In this document: piece after piece, positions 52,480-64,000 of the stretch
Numbering within the stretch: position 1 is the stretch's first letter
How the letters are laid out: each line of letters opens with the position of its first letter
NCBI GenBank assembly: GCA_030264375.1
Contig: JASCQW010000099.1
Coordinates: forward strand, 49,070,630-49,134,629
DNA: 64,000 nucleotides
DNA from: Carcharhinus longimanus
Lineage: Eukaryota
Reading direction: 5' to 3'
Notes under the pieces: generated by a model
What the model saw: the letters and a program-made list of their open reading frames with translations, nothing else
Told to the model about the DNA's origin: nothing
Database searches by the model: none
Translations under genes and position numbers: made by a program

Positions 52480-53710
52480 TTGATAATCACATGTCAAATG
52501 TCCAACCATTTTACCAGTTTGTTTATGACCTCCTGAAGTCTATCATTATCCTTTTCACAGCACAAAAGTTGTGTGTCTTAGACAGTGAACATGGTATGAT
52601 TTCAAGTTATAATCAAGTTATATTTCAGAAAAAAAACCAAGGTTCTAGTACAGGGCCCTGGGGAATTCCACTGCATTCCTTCCTCCAGTCCAAAAAACAA
52701 CTGTTTACTACTACTCCGTTTCCTGTCATCCAGCCAACTTCATATCAATGCTGCTGCTGTCCCTTTTATTTCATGGGCTTCAACTTTGCTGGCAAGCCCA
52801 TTATGTGGCTATTTACAAAGCATCTTTTGAAAGTTCAGGTAAATGACATCAACCTCTTTTCCTGGGTCAATCCTCCTTGTTACTGCAAGCTGTGCTGGCT
52901 TTCCTTAATTAATCCATGCCCCTCTAAGTGACTGCTTACTTTATCCTGCATTGCCGTTTCTAAGAGCTTTCCCACCACCAATGTTAAACTGACTGGCCTA
53001 AAGTTGCTTGGTTTAGCGTTATAACCTTTTTGAATAAGGATGTGACATTTGTAATTCTCCAATTCTCTAGCACTATATCTAAGATGGATTGGAAGATAAT
53101 TTCCATTCCTACATCCCTCAATATTCCTAAATGCATCTCATATGGTTCTGGTGATTGATCAACTTTAAACCCGCCTTTTGAATACCTCTATTTTTAAATC
53201 AATTTTTAGTTCAATTACCTCTTCTTTCATTACAACTTTGATAGAATCTCCACCTTTGCCTCCTAATGATCCCCACCTTTCATCTTACTACCTTTTGACT
53301 ATTTACATGCCTGTGCAAGACTTTTAGTCACCTTTTTATGTTAGCTATCAGTCTCTTCTCACACTCTCCCTTTGATTATATTTTACCTTTTACAAATCCT
53401 ATCCGAGCTTTCTATATTCAGTCTGGTTGTCGTTCATATTTTCAACTCACATCTGACAAACTCACCCCTTTTGCTGCTTCATCTGACTCTCCCGTTATCC
53501 AGGGAACTCTGGCTCTGGTTAGCTTAGTTTTTCCCCTCACGGGAACATACCTTGATTCTACCTAAACCATGTGCCTTTAAAGACAGCCCATTGTTCCAAT
53601 ATAGTTTTGCCTGCCAACCTTTGATCCCTATTTATCTAGGACAGGTCCATTTTCACCACAATGAAATTAGTCTTCTTTGTTCTTTCCCAGCTAATCTAAA
53701 TCTTATGATT
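52480..53710 (-). mobile_element. Decayed antisense CR1 ORF2 fragment
   Basis: Minus-strand KPSNFRPVSLTLVVGKLLE...LIKESQH. Confidence 0.75.
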
Positions 53711-53849
53711 TATTACCACCAACACCAATGGCGACTTATTTTGTGAGGCAACCGCGCTCACTTACATTTCTGGGACCCTACCAATGACATCGCGCCCTCC
53801 CAACCCTGCCTGCTCTTGTTGGCCCATAGAATACAAAGACACAAGCCAT

Positions 53850-55150
53850 AAAAATACACTTTTAACTGAAGGTAACAGATGTGCAGCATTCAGTGAAATT
53901 GTATCAACATTTTGCAGTGACTTGCTGATGGCATTACTTCTTAGAAGCAAATGATTCCACAAAACAGTATAAACAGCAATATCGTACTTTTCAAACTTAT
54001 GTGCTGAAGATTTAGCTTCCGCTTTCACACAAAGTTTTTCTGAATTTGATGCGGCTATGTCTGGGAAGATTTCCTTTATATCAACAAAGTTTACTTTCAA
54101 GGCCTAAACAGCATCTTCATGAGCAGACCATCTGGTAACACAAATTCTTTAGGCTCCCAAAAGTTTTCCTTGTGCCTGCTCCAAGCATGATTGCAATATA
54201 TTCCGACATGTGGAAATTGAACAAAAGGCATACAAGTTTTCAACAAAATTTAAAAACAACTGCAGTTCCCTCACAGGAGTCAGCTGCAACATTGCAGATC
54301 AAATTCAAGCAGTGACTAGAACATGGGATGAAAAATGGCAGGGACTTGCATTTTTCAGTTTGCCTGTAGACCTGAATATTTTCTGGCCATATTTGTGCCA
54401 TTATGAAGGATCTCTTTTGATGTCCAAACTTAGATGTGCAACTATTTCCAAAGCAGCTGTCTCCAGACACTCGGAAGTGTAGGATTGTTGCTGGACAAAA
54501 CAAAGAAATTGTTCTACAATTTCACCTTCACTAACCACATATCTTAAAATTAATGTTACTTGGTTCATATGATTCACTTCTGGTTTGGAATCAGTTATTA
54601 TCAAATAGTATTTAGCATCTTTTATTTCATTATTGAACTGGTTTCTGAGCTGCTCCACCATTATAGTGATGAAGTCATCTTAGGTTCTGTGCATTTAAAA
54701 GCTGGTCTTGCCTGAGGCAGCTTTGATAACTTTTCAAATGCTTTTTGAGAAGTTTATTAAATTCACTGAGATAGCCAAAGTAGGCTAAAAAAATTACCTG
54801 AGCTGACAATGATGACTCATCCTGTCCTCTTAGTGAAGACAGCAGTTTGACTCTGGCAACAGCACTTTCCTCCGGTGAAAACACTTCTTTTCAAACCGAG
54901 TTGATAACACAGAATCAATTATTTCAGATAATTTACATCTTTAAATGAAGGCACATATAGCTTTAATATTAGCCTTGGAAATTTCATGATCAGCAATATC
55001 TCTTCCAACATTTCTTCAATTAGAGTACCTGTTGATGAACGCTTGTTTCTCTTCACTAGAATCAAGGAAGAGTTTGCAAACATAGTAGTAGATTGCCTTA
55101 GAGGTTTTGGAAAAAAACAACTAATTTCTAATTTTTGTTATCCCATTTCA
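53850..55150 (-). mobile_element. hAT-superfamily transposase relic
   Basis: EIKDAKYYLIITDSKPEVNHMNQVTLILRYV...EQFLCF (first catalytic Asp region), FIPCSSHCLNL (CxxH motif) and CVTRWSAH; contains stops and frameshifts. Confidence 0.85.
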
Positions 55151-55229
55151 CTTCACCCTCAGAAAATGCGACATACGAAGAGTTCTAAAGTGCTTTCAGC
55201 CTCCAACCTCAAATTATTTTCTCAAATTT

Positions 55230-55670
55230 TCCATTCAGCCCATCAAGCCTGTTCCACCACTGAGTGAGATCATGGCTGATTTGTGGCCTAATGCCATTTG
55301 CCTGCCTTTAGCCCACATCCCTTAATATTTTTGCTTAACAAAGATTTATCCATCTCAGATTTAAAGATAGGAACTGGTCTAGCATCAAGTGGCATTTCTG
55401 GACGAGAGTTCCAACTCTCTAACTCCCTTTGTGTATAGAAGTGCTTCCTAATATCTCTCCTGAACAATGTGGCCCTTGTTTTTAAATTATGTCTCAGTTC
55501 TAGAATCTCCAACCAATGGAAATAGTTTATTTTTATCTACTCTGTCTTTTCCTGATAGTATCTTGAAGACATTGATTGGATCACCCCTTCTAAATTCTAG
55601 AGAAAACATGTCTAATTTGTACAATCTCTCCCCATAATTAAACCCCTGAAATCCAGGTATCATTCTTATA
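55230..55670 (-). mobile_element. Antisense CR1 3' end
   Basis: Minus-strand HNLKTRATLFRRDIRKHFYTQRELESWNS. Confidence 0.8.
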
Positions 55671-55671
55671 A

Positions 55672-55875
55672 GGTAAAATTGCCATAGTCCCAGGCTGTTC
55701 TACCCTTTGAGTGGGGAGCTCACTGGTGGTGATTTAACCTGAGGATCACCACACCTCAGGGGAGGGGCAAGGTTGAGAAGGTGGGACTTCATGAAGAACC
55801 TCAGCAGTACAGGAGCTGAACCCGCACTGTTGGCTTTGCTTTACATCACGAATCAGCTGTCCAGCCAACTGAGCA
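55672..55875 (-). mobile_element. tRNA-derived SINE
   Basis: Minus-strand ctcagttggctggacagc (A-box-like), gggttcagctcc (B-box-like), ending ggactatggcaatttta. Confidence 0.55.
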
Positions 55876-56254
55876 GATGTGCTTTGGCAGAGATGGAAAT
55901 AGGTAGTATGTGATAGAAAGGAAACAGGGTCAGAAATTCAGCTCAGTATGCAATAGAATGCTGAGGTTGCAAGCATAATTGTTTAACCTTGAGCAATGGC
56001 CATTTGGGAGATAACATTGACGTTAAGGGTGGGGCTGAAGATTTCTTTAGTCTAGCAAATATTTATTGGAGTCAATTCCAGCAGAGAATGTCAGACACGT
56101 TGTGTAACAAATGAAATGGGTGTGAAGGGGTTGAGAGTGGTGGTGGTGAAGAAGAGTTGGGTGTTTTCAGAGCACATAATTGAACCTGACAGCATTTTTT
56201 GGATGATGTCACCCAGGGGCATAATGTAGATGAGAAATAAGGGCAGGCCCTTAG

Positions 56255-56670
56255 TGAGGTGTGTTTGGGTTGGGTTGGGATTCGGGGAGGGCTGTGGGAT
56301 GTCATGGGGTGGTGGTTTGGGTCAGGTCAGGTCTTTGGAGAAGTGTCGAGTCAGAGCTCATTGGGGCTTGTCAGGCCTTGGGCTTCGGATGGGGGTGAAA
56401 GTCTGGCCTGTGGTGGGGTGGCTGGAAAAGAATCCCTGGGGGTGTGTGGGGAATCCATGGGGTGGGGAATAGTTGGAGGGATTTGGAGGGAGATCCCTCG
56501 GGTATAGGCAATGGGAGTGTCCTGTGGGGGATGGTTTGGGGGTGTGGGAGAGACCTGTGAGGGGGTGGAAGGGAAGACTTCTGCAGGGTCGGAGGGCGGA
56601 TGGATAGACCCATGGTGGGACTGTGGGTTTGTGGATGTGGGGGATTTTTGTGGATGGGGTCAGTGTGGGT
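56255..56670 (+). repeat. G-rich low-complexity tract
   Basis: Dense GG/GGG runs on the + strand with no fixed unit. Confidence 0.7.
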
Positions 56671-57527
56671 CTGTACAAGTTAGATGAGGTCTTAATTCTT
56701 CTAGCTTTTTCTGGTTAACTACTGGTGTAGCCCAGTCAGAACCATCCAAAGTTTGCAATTAAATCACATTTTTAGATGGTTCTCAGCACAGGGCAATCAT
56801 CCAGGGGAAGTATGCACTTCTGGGCAATTGTTGTGTAAACCTTACCTATGAACCTCCAGAGGGGATTCCCCAGCACACCTTCGAGGACTCCCCCATACAA
56901 AGCTCTGGAGCTCTGAAGTCACAGTCCAAAATTTTGTGATCATTATTCATGCCCATACTCATGAGGTAGCCTCATGTCTCATTTGTAACAGAGTTTGTCA
57001 TTATCTGTCAAGTATTTCAGTAAATCTGATGAAGTTTATGGGCAAATAAGACACTGTAACAACTGTACTTTGACTTACTGCAATATATCATGTGACACCA
57101 CAAGACATCCTCACCCTCAGTAAGTGCACTGAATATATATATACCTTTAGACTGAGATAGGCTGTGGTGTAAGCCAGATCAGAAATTTTAAATTAGGTAA
57201 CCAATGTCAGTGAAAACAAAATGTGGGACATTGAGCTCTGTAGTGCATCGCTGAATCTGTGAAACAAGTATGGCTAATGATTTGTAGCCCCATGGTTAAG
57301 AGGTTTACCTGGATTGAATAGACCAAAGAACAAAGAATAAAGAAAATTATAGCATAGCTACAGGCCCTTTGGTCCTCCAAGCCTGCACTGACCATGTTAT
57401 CCGACTTAACTAAAACCCCCTAACCTCCCAAGGACCATATCCCTCTATTCCCATCCTATTCATGTATTTGTCAAGATGCCCCTTAAAAGTGGCTGAAGGC
57501 TGTCAATCTGACACTATTAGGAAGTCA

Positions 57528-57647
57528 TGATGTGGAGACACCGGTGTTGGACTAGGGTAGACACAATAAGAAGAGTCACAACACCAGGTTAAAGTCCAAC
57601 AGTTTTATTGGGAATCACAGGCTTTCGGAGCACTGCTTCTTCATCAG
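57528..57647 (-). mobile_element. Single-arm copy of the Penelope-derived element, with a hammerhead relic
   Basis: Homologous to 41485-41585. The minus strand reads CTGATGA-A-GAAGC-agt-GCTCC-GAAA at 57647-57623. Confidence 0.75.
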
Positions 57648-59619
57648 ACTCAAGCTTCAATTTTACATTAAGAAAAAGCAAAGAAGAGTTGTTTTGGCAT
57701 TGAGGAGAATCGTAAAGTTTTGAGCTCTAAATGCGCCAGGGAAGAAATTGGATAATCTCTGAAAATAAGCAAGGAGGCTTGTAGTAAGCAATGAACCCTG
57801 TGCCCCGTTCACTGCATTGCAGGCAACATACTAAATTAATTATGCAAACATGCACAGGCTCCAAAGATCCACATACAATTGCAGCAGCAGCCAGAAGAAA
57901 TTGTCCAATTAATCTGGAAGTAGTTTATGATTCTTTAAAGAATGTAGAGATTGTAATGGGATATCCTTCATGTCCTTTAACAACATGTTCAATTGTGGGG
58001 TTAACATAGGATGGCTAAGTGAACAAAAACACCTTACAGTTTTGAAGGTGCCATAGTGGAATTTTTAAAGACAAGCTGAGGTGGGTTTTAAGTGCATGGA
58101 TAGGGGGAGGCAGGCAGATATAAGTGATGTCTGGGCAGAATGCCTACATTATCCCACTATTTCTTGAGTTTCAATAGGACAGGTTGAAGGTGAGTGGGGA
58201 AACCCTGTGAAGCTGTCAGGAAAGTATTTGAAAAAATGCAAACAGATATTGATGTTTCTTTGACCCTTGTATTCTAGCTTTATCACACAGGGGACTTATT
58301 TCCCAAACTGTCAGCAATGTACAATGGAGAGCGAAACTGGCAGGCAGGGAAATCTTTAATCAGTAAAACTGAAGAATTTAAGCCCCGGCCAAGTGTGACA
58401 TTCATGCTGTTGGCACTCCTTAGAGAGTGCTTCCTAAGTTTAACAACTGATTCCTAGCTTCTTAAAAGTCACTTTACCTTTCTTGCACCTCATTCACCTT
58501 GAGCTGCACTTCCCTGCTGCCAGCTTTCATCTTGGGCTGGGAGCAGCTTATGCAGTTCAATCTTGCACCACTGACAAAGCACAAGAGGGGTAGCATCACC
58601 CACAGCTCCAGCAACAGGAACAACGTGGACAGCAGCCCCGACCCCAACTACTTTCTCCTCAACAACCTGCAGCTGTCGAGGGAAAAGAGATGGATACAGA
58701 GATTCAGCTCCAAGGACAAGGGACCCTAATGGGATCTATTGGAAGAATATGAGTGTTTTCAACATCTCCCAACAGCAGCACCTCAGGAGATTTAGGCTTT
58801 TATGACAGTTTGTTGTTGACATCTGCAGGTCCCTGGCACAAGACCTCCTTCTCAGTGCACCAGGTGGGCAGGCATACATTGCCAACAATCATCAAAGTGC
58901 CTGTTACTCGAGGGCCAGCCTCTCACCCTGGATCTCTGCTTCCCTCCCAAGATTAGGTAGTCCTTTCTCCTGTAAGGACAAAACTCAGAGGGTCATGAGT
59001 GTTAGAAACAGCCGATGTGGATAGAAGGGAAGGATACCATGAGGAATGAGTGTGAGAGGGCAATCAACTGAGGGTGAAAGTTGAGTGCTGGCTGTTTGTA
59101 TCTTGAGCTACTTGGAAAGGGAGAAATGAATGGAGTTGCATGCTGTGTTGCTTTGAGGGATGCTGTGTAAGAGATTACTGGGAAACACAGAGTGTAGAAC
59201 TTGGTATCTGAAATTGTATTACCACTTACCTTCCCCGCTCCCCCGCCCCCACCTCCCCAAGGTCCGGGATCCTCTTGGTGCACTGTTTCCAGGATGGAGG
59301 GTCCACACTTCTACTCCTAAAGTCCTTGCATTCCTGTTTGGTTGGAGAGATTGGCTTCTTTCTCCTATTCTTTGGAAAGGTCACCCCACTGCAGCCTCTC
59401 AGATCCTGCAGCAAGACCTCCACTCAGCGAGCATTCCTCCCAGGCATCCTCTCCATTCCTCTAGTTGCTGCAGCCTCACAAATCTCAGGGAGCTCAGCCA
59501 TTCTGACCCCTGACGGGGTCCCTTTAATTAAAAAGTACCTTCAGCATGTGAGCTCACCTGCCCTCTCTGGTTGGTCAGGAAACCAAGAAATAAGATGCTA
59601 ATATTGTGGCTGTATTAAA

Positions 59620-59937
59620 GGGGCAGCACAGTTGCATAATGGTTAGCACTACTACCTCATAGCGCCAAAGACCTGAGTTCGATTCCAGCCTTGGGTTACT
59701 GTTGTGTGGAGTTTGCACATTCTCCCCGTGTTTGTGTGTGTTTCTTCTGGGTACTCTGGTTTCCTCCCACAGATGTGTAATTTAGGTGGATTAGCCATGA
59801 AAATTTGTCCCTTAGTGTCTCTAGATGTGTAGGTCAGATGGCTTAGCCATTGTAAATATGTGGGGTTATGGGAATAGGGCAAGGGGGACAGCCTGGGTAA
59901 AATACTTTGACAGAGGGTCAGTGTAGGGATTCTATGA
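59620..59937 (+). mobile_element. V-SINE (HE1-like)
   Basis: ggggcagcacagttgcataatggttagcact head, gagttcgattcc B box, V-domain and tagggattctatga end. Confidence 0.85.
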
Positions 59938-61539
59938 AAGGGCCAAGACAAAGCCATTCATTCGGGTGCCTGACTGTGTACTGCTCCCATCTTTTTGCAA
60001 TAATTAACAATTGAAAATTCCACCCACAAACTAGAATGGTCCCAGGTTCAATTTCTCATCCGTTCTAATTTGGTTAAACTCAGTTTCGGTCACAAATAAA
60101 TACAGTATAATTGAGAGTCCATGGGCCAGGAGTGGAACAGTCATGCAGGGGTCGTTCTACTGATTGCGATTCAATAACCCAATTGCTGCCATAATTGTTG
60201 CTAAGCACAGGAGCAGATTTGTCTATGATTTCCTTCCATCGTCAAAGAGGTTACAGAAACCCACTGATGTCTACATAATTTATTGCTCCTTAGCCAAAGT
60301 ATCAAAGATTGATAATTTCCATGGTAAAATAGAGCAAAATCAATCACTGCCTTTATCAGAAGAGAAACTTTCTTGAAAAGTGATAGAAATGATAAAAGTG
60401 ATAGTAATTAAAGATATGGTTAACAGCAAAGTAACGTACTACTGAAAATTTTGTTGCGAATGATTAATTTTTAAATAGAAGAAAAATTATGTAAATCATT
60501 AAAGGAGAAAAAGAAAAATAGGCAGCTTTTTTAGACCTTTGAACTGTATTTAAGATGACCTGATCTTATTGAAGCTACATTCTGCAATTGTATTGGTTTT
60601 CCAAAGACTGGAACCCATGAAAGCACTAAAAATAAACGTGACAATCTTGGCAGAGTTAGTGATTGCTTCTATCTGTACAGTGGCCTTTGGCTCCTTTTTT
60701 TTAGCTAGAAAATGAGAGGACTGGGAGTTTAATTTTTAAAACCGCAGATAGTATGATGAAAAAATCTAAAGTAGCCTTTAAAGCATGGGAACAAATACTT
60801 GAAACCTTGGTCAGAATTTTACGTTGATCGGGTGGGCTTACACCCGTCCAAGAAGTGTGTGGAATTGTGCAATAAGCTGTCAGGCATGTATCCCACCATC
60901 TTCATGCACTCACGCGATATTTTGGTTGGCAGGCGCAAGCGGGGGTCAGTTGCATGCCAAGCGACAACTAAGCAGCCTGTAAAATAGATTAAAAGTTCAA
61001 TTGACTGGAATCTTATGTTGCCGATTCAATTTTTAGGCTGGCGCATGGGCAATATGGGCAGGTTTCCTTTCCACTTTGTCACTTTTCTCATCCAAGGACT
61101 GGATAAGAGAGGGTAGGAACATTGGCTGCATGAGCTATGAGGATTTCAGAGTACAGTACAGTGTGTTGTAGCATTATTGTTGAAATTTCACAACTTTTCC
61201 TCCAATTTCTTGTGAAGTGATTGCAATATTAACCTTGTTCTGAGCATTCTATTGTTCTGGTATTTCTGCTGGAGCTTTTCTGCCTGTTGCAGCCTTCAGA
61301 CCATGGGACAAAGACATTTGTATCTTAGCAGATAGCGATTGAGTACTCTGCTGGGGGCATCTTCTCCTCTGAGGAAAAGACAGCAGAGGTCAGATATCTG
61401 CAACCAATATCGCAGGGAGAGACCTTTGGGACGGGAGGTTCATGATCAGTAGGGTGAGCAAGGAAGACAGGCCCATAGGAGATACCATTATCTTTCTGTC
61501 AGAGTGGGCAATCAGTGAGTCAGCTGCCTCAGCATGACT

Positions 61540-62290
61540 AAGATCCAGTGCCACAGGAGGCTCTGCCTCAAAGGGCCATCAGGGCATCATTACATAGCAT
61601 GATTGGGCAAAAGATCACCTCATAACTGTGTGGATGCATACCCAATACCAGTGGCTCTGAAAGTCACAGTTGTCCTTAACTTTGATGCATCTGGATCTTT
61701 CCAGGGTCAGTGGAGGATCTGGGTGGGGTGTCTCAATCAACTGTCCGCAGCTGCATCAAGCTCATAACTAACTCTCTGTTTAGATGGTCCTCACATTCAT
61801 TCATTACTGGATGGACAAAGCCAGCCAGGCTGAGCGAACCAGAGACATCACAGCTATCACAGAGATCTCCTCACATCCACGGTGCCATAGACTGCACCCA
61901 TGTGGCCACCAAGGTGCCGGTAGGTCAGCCAAGCATTTTTGTGAACGTCCAGACAGCCTGTGATCTTAAAACCCAGCATGTCTTGAGAAGTATCCTAGCA
62001 GCTGCCATGACGCATATATACTGAGACATACCCAGGTGCCAAGACTGTTTGTGACTCCAACTTGGCTGGATGGCTGGGAGCAGGATGACAAGTGATATCC
62101 ATTGAAAAGGTGGCTCAAAATGCCACTCTGACATCTTAAAACATAGGCAAAGGAGAGATACAATTGCTGTCATGCCTCCACAAGGGTGGTGGTGAAGAGG
62201 GCAATATGCAAATGGACTGTTCCGGGGAGTCCCTGCAATATTCTCCAGAGCGTGCATCACTTATCATCGCAATATGCTATGCTCTGCAAC
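61540..62290 (+). mobile_element. PIF/Harbinger transposase relic (element may start near 60810)
   Basis: PVALKVTVVLNFDASGSFQG, DLGGVSQSTVRSCI, HIHGAIDCTHV (first catalytic Asp) and NVQTACD; frameshifted. Confidence 0.85.
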
Positions 62291-62329
62291 TGGGGTCCTG
62301 GACCAGAAACCCAAGTTACATTAGGATGC

Positions 62330-64000
62330 CAGACTAGACCAAGGAATTAGGCAGTAGACTAAAAAACAAGACCTCTCAAGTTGTAATTCTTGGGATTACT
62401 CCCAGTGCCACGTGCCAGCGAGCATGGAAATAGGAGAATAGTGCAGATGAATGCATAGCTTAAGAATTGGTGCAGGAGGCAGTATTTTAGATTCCTGGAT
62501 GACTTCTGGGAAGGTGGGAAGTACAAATGGGACGGTCTACATCTGAATCAGAACAGGACTAACATCCTTGCAAGACATTTTGCTAGTGCTGTTGGGTGGA
62601 GTTTGAAGTACTTTTGAAGGGGGAGAGGCCACAGAATGTTAGCAGAATAAGGAATTATACAGCAAAACAAACAAGTCAGAGGGAGTGCAGCTGTATTAGG
62701 TTTCAAGGCAGTAAGGCCAGGCTGGATGGCCTCTAATGCCAGGAGTATTGCAGGTAAAACGGATGAGTTGAGGGCAACGATTGACATGTGGAAATGTGAT
62801 ATAGTAGCCATCATAGAGATATGGTTGAAGGGAGGAAGCATTGGCAACTCACCATTCCGGGATAGAATCTTCAGGTGAGACAAGGGAGGAGGTAAAAGAG
62901 GAAGAGGCATTGCATTATTAGTTAAGGAGATAGTTACTGCAATAAGGAGAGATGATATCTTGGAGAGGGCATCAAATGAAGCTTTGTAGGTAGAGCTTAG
63001 GAATAAAAAAGGGACAGCCACATTGCTAAGTGTTTATTATAAGCACCCAGATAGTCAGAGGTATATTGAGGAGCAAATATGTGTTCAGCTTGTGGAGTGT
63101 GTAAGACCAATAACAAGAAGGTTACTATATTAGGTGATTTCAACTTTCCCAACATTAACTGGGGTATACATAGCGTTAAGGGCTTGGGTGGAGTAGATTT
63201 CTTGAAATGTGTACAGGAGAACTTTTCAAATCAATATGTGGAGCGTCCAACAAGGGAGGGAGCTGTACTAGGCCTGATTCTGGGGAATGAAGCCAGGTAG
63301 GTGGTTGAAGTGGTAGTGGGGAGCATTTCAGTGATAGCGACCACAACATGGTACATTTTAAACTTGTAATGGACAAGGAAATAGACAAGCTGTAAAAAAA
63401 AATTTGGATTGGGAACAGATTTTAGTTAAATATCACAGGATCTGGCCAAGGTAGACTAGGAACAACTATTAATGGGAAAATCTATAGAACAGCAGTGGGG
63501 GGCATTCAAAAAGGAAGTTGGCAGGGTGCAAGCCCAGCATGTTCCCTCTCGGTGATAGGTAGGAAAACAAGGCCAGAGAACCATGGATGACCAGAGATAT
63601 TCAGGATACAATGAGTGGGAAAAGACTTTTAAAAAGTACAGGGGAGCAAATCAGTAGAGGGTTTATTGAGGTATAGAAAGTGGAGGGTAGAACTTAAGAA
63701 AGCAATTAGGAATACAAAGAGGGGCTAATAAAAGTAGGGAAAATCCCAAGATATTCTATAAGTACATCAATGGGAAGAGGATAACCAGGGAAAGAGTAGG
63801 GCCCATTAGGGAGAAAAGGGGCAATCTGTGGGTGGAGCCAGTGAAGATTGGTAAAGTGTTGAATGAATACTTCACATCAATCTTCACCCAAGAGAATTAG
63901 GGTGATGGTGTGGAATTCAGGGAGGGACCGTGAGGGTCTTGAGCAAATTGACATAGGGAAGGACAAGGTATTTGAGGTGTTGACAGCCTCAGAAGTGAAT
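62330..64000 (+). mobile_element. CR1 LINE: end of ORF1 and start of ORF2 (endonuclease), running off the window
   Basis: Motifs LNARSIAGK.DEL, ILGDFNFPNINW, FLKCVQENF and PTREGAVLGLILGNE; decayed. Confidence 0.9.

Noticed and set aside
52329-52931. 200-aa ORF
   Set aside because: It is the antisense reading of a CR1 RT fragment.
58498-58570. Minus-strand AG...GT interval, phase 0 to 1 (WCKIELHKLLPAQDESWQQGSAAQ)
   Set aside because: Weak splice sites, no homology to PACC1 N-termini, and it lies in probable repeat-derived sequence.
59620-59700. tRNA-like sequences with A/B boxes (also at 30823, 42550, 49620 and 55800)
   Set aside because: They are SINE heads continuing into SINE bodies, not tRNA genes.

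Overview
This is vertebrate genomic DNA with about 13 N gaps. The repeat content (V-SINE/HE1-type SINEs, Deu-domain SINEs, abundant CR1 LINEs) points to a cartilaginous fish such as a shark. Two spliced genes lie tail-to-tail. On the + strand are the last three coding exons and 3' UTR of PPP2R5A (PP2A regulatory subunit B56-alpha; stop at 13253-13255). On the - strand are six coding exons of PACC1/TMEM206 (proton-activated chloride channel; 47346 down to the stop at 29773-29775), whose first two exons could not be located. The rest is mostly decayed transposons: CR1, Rex1/Babar, L2, Penelope-like elements, a deleted Gypsy LTR element with both LTRs, and hAT and Harbinger transposase relics. 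Most short ORFs in the supplied track are transposon debris or noise. The most unusual object is a 191-bp fold-back insertion with a perfect 13-bp target-site duplication and a minimal hammerhead-ribozyme core in its loop; three more hammerhead relics lie elsewhere in the PACC1 region. I found no evidence for a wholly new gene system. All family assignments are by recognition from memory, with no database search.
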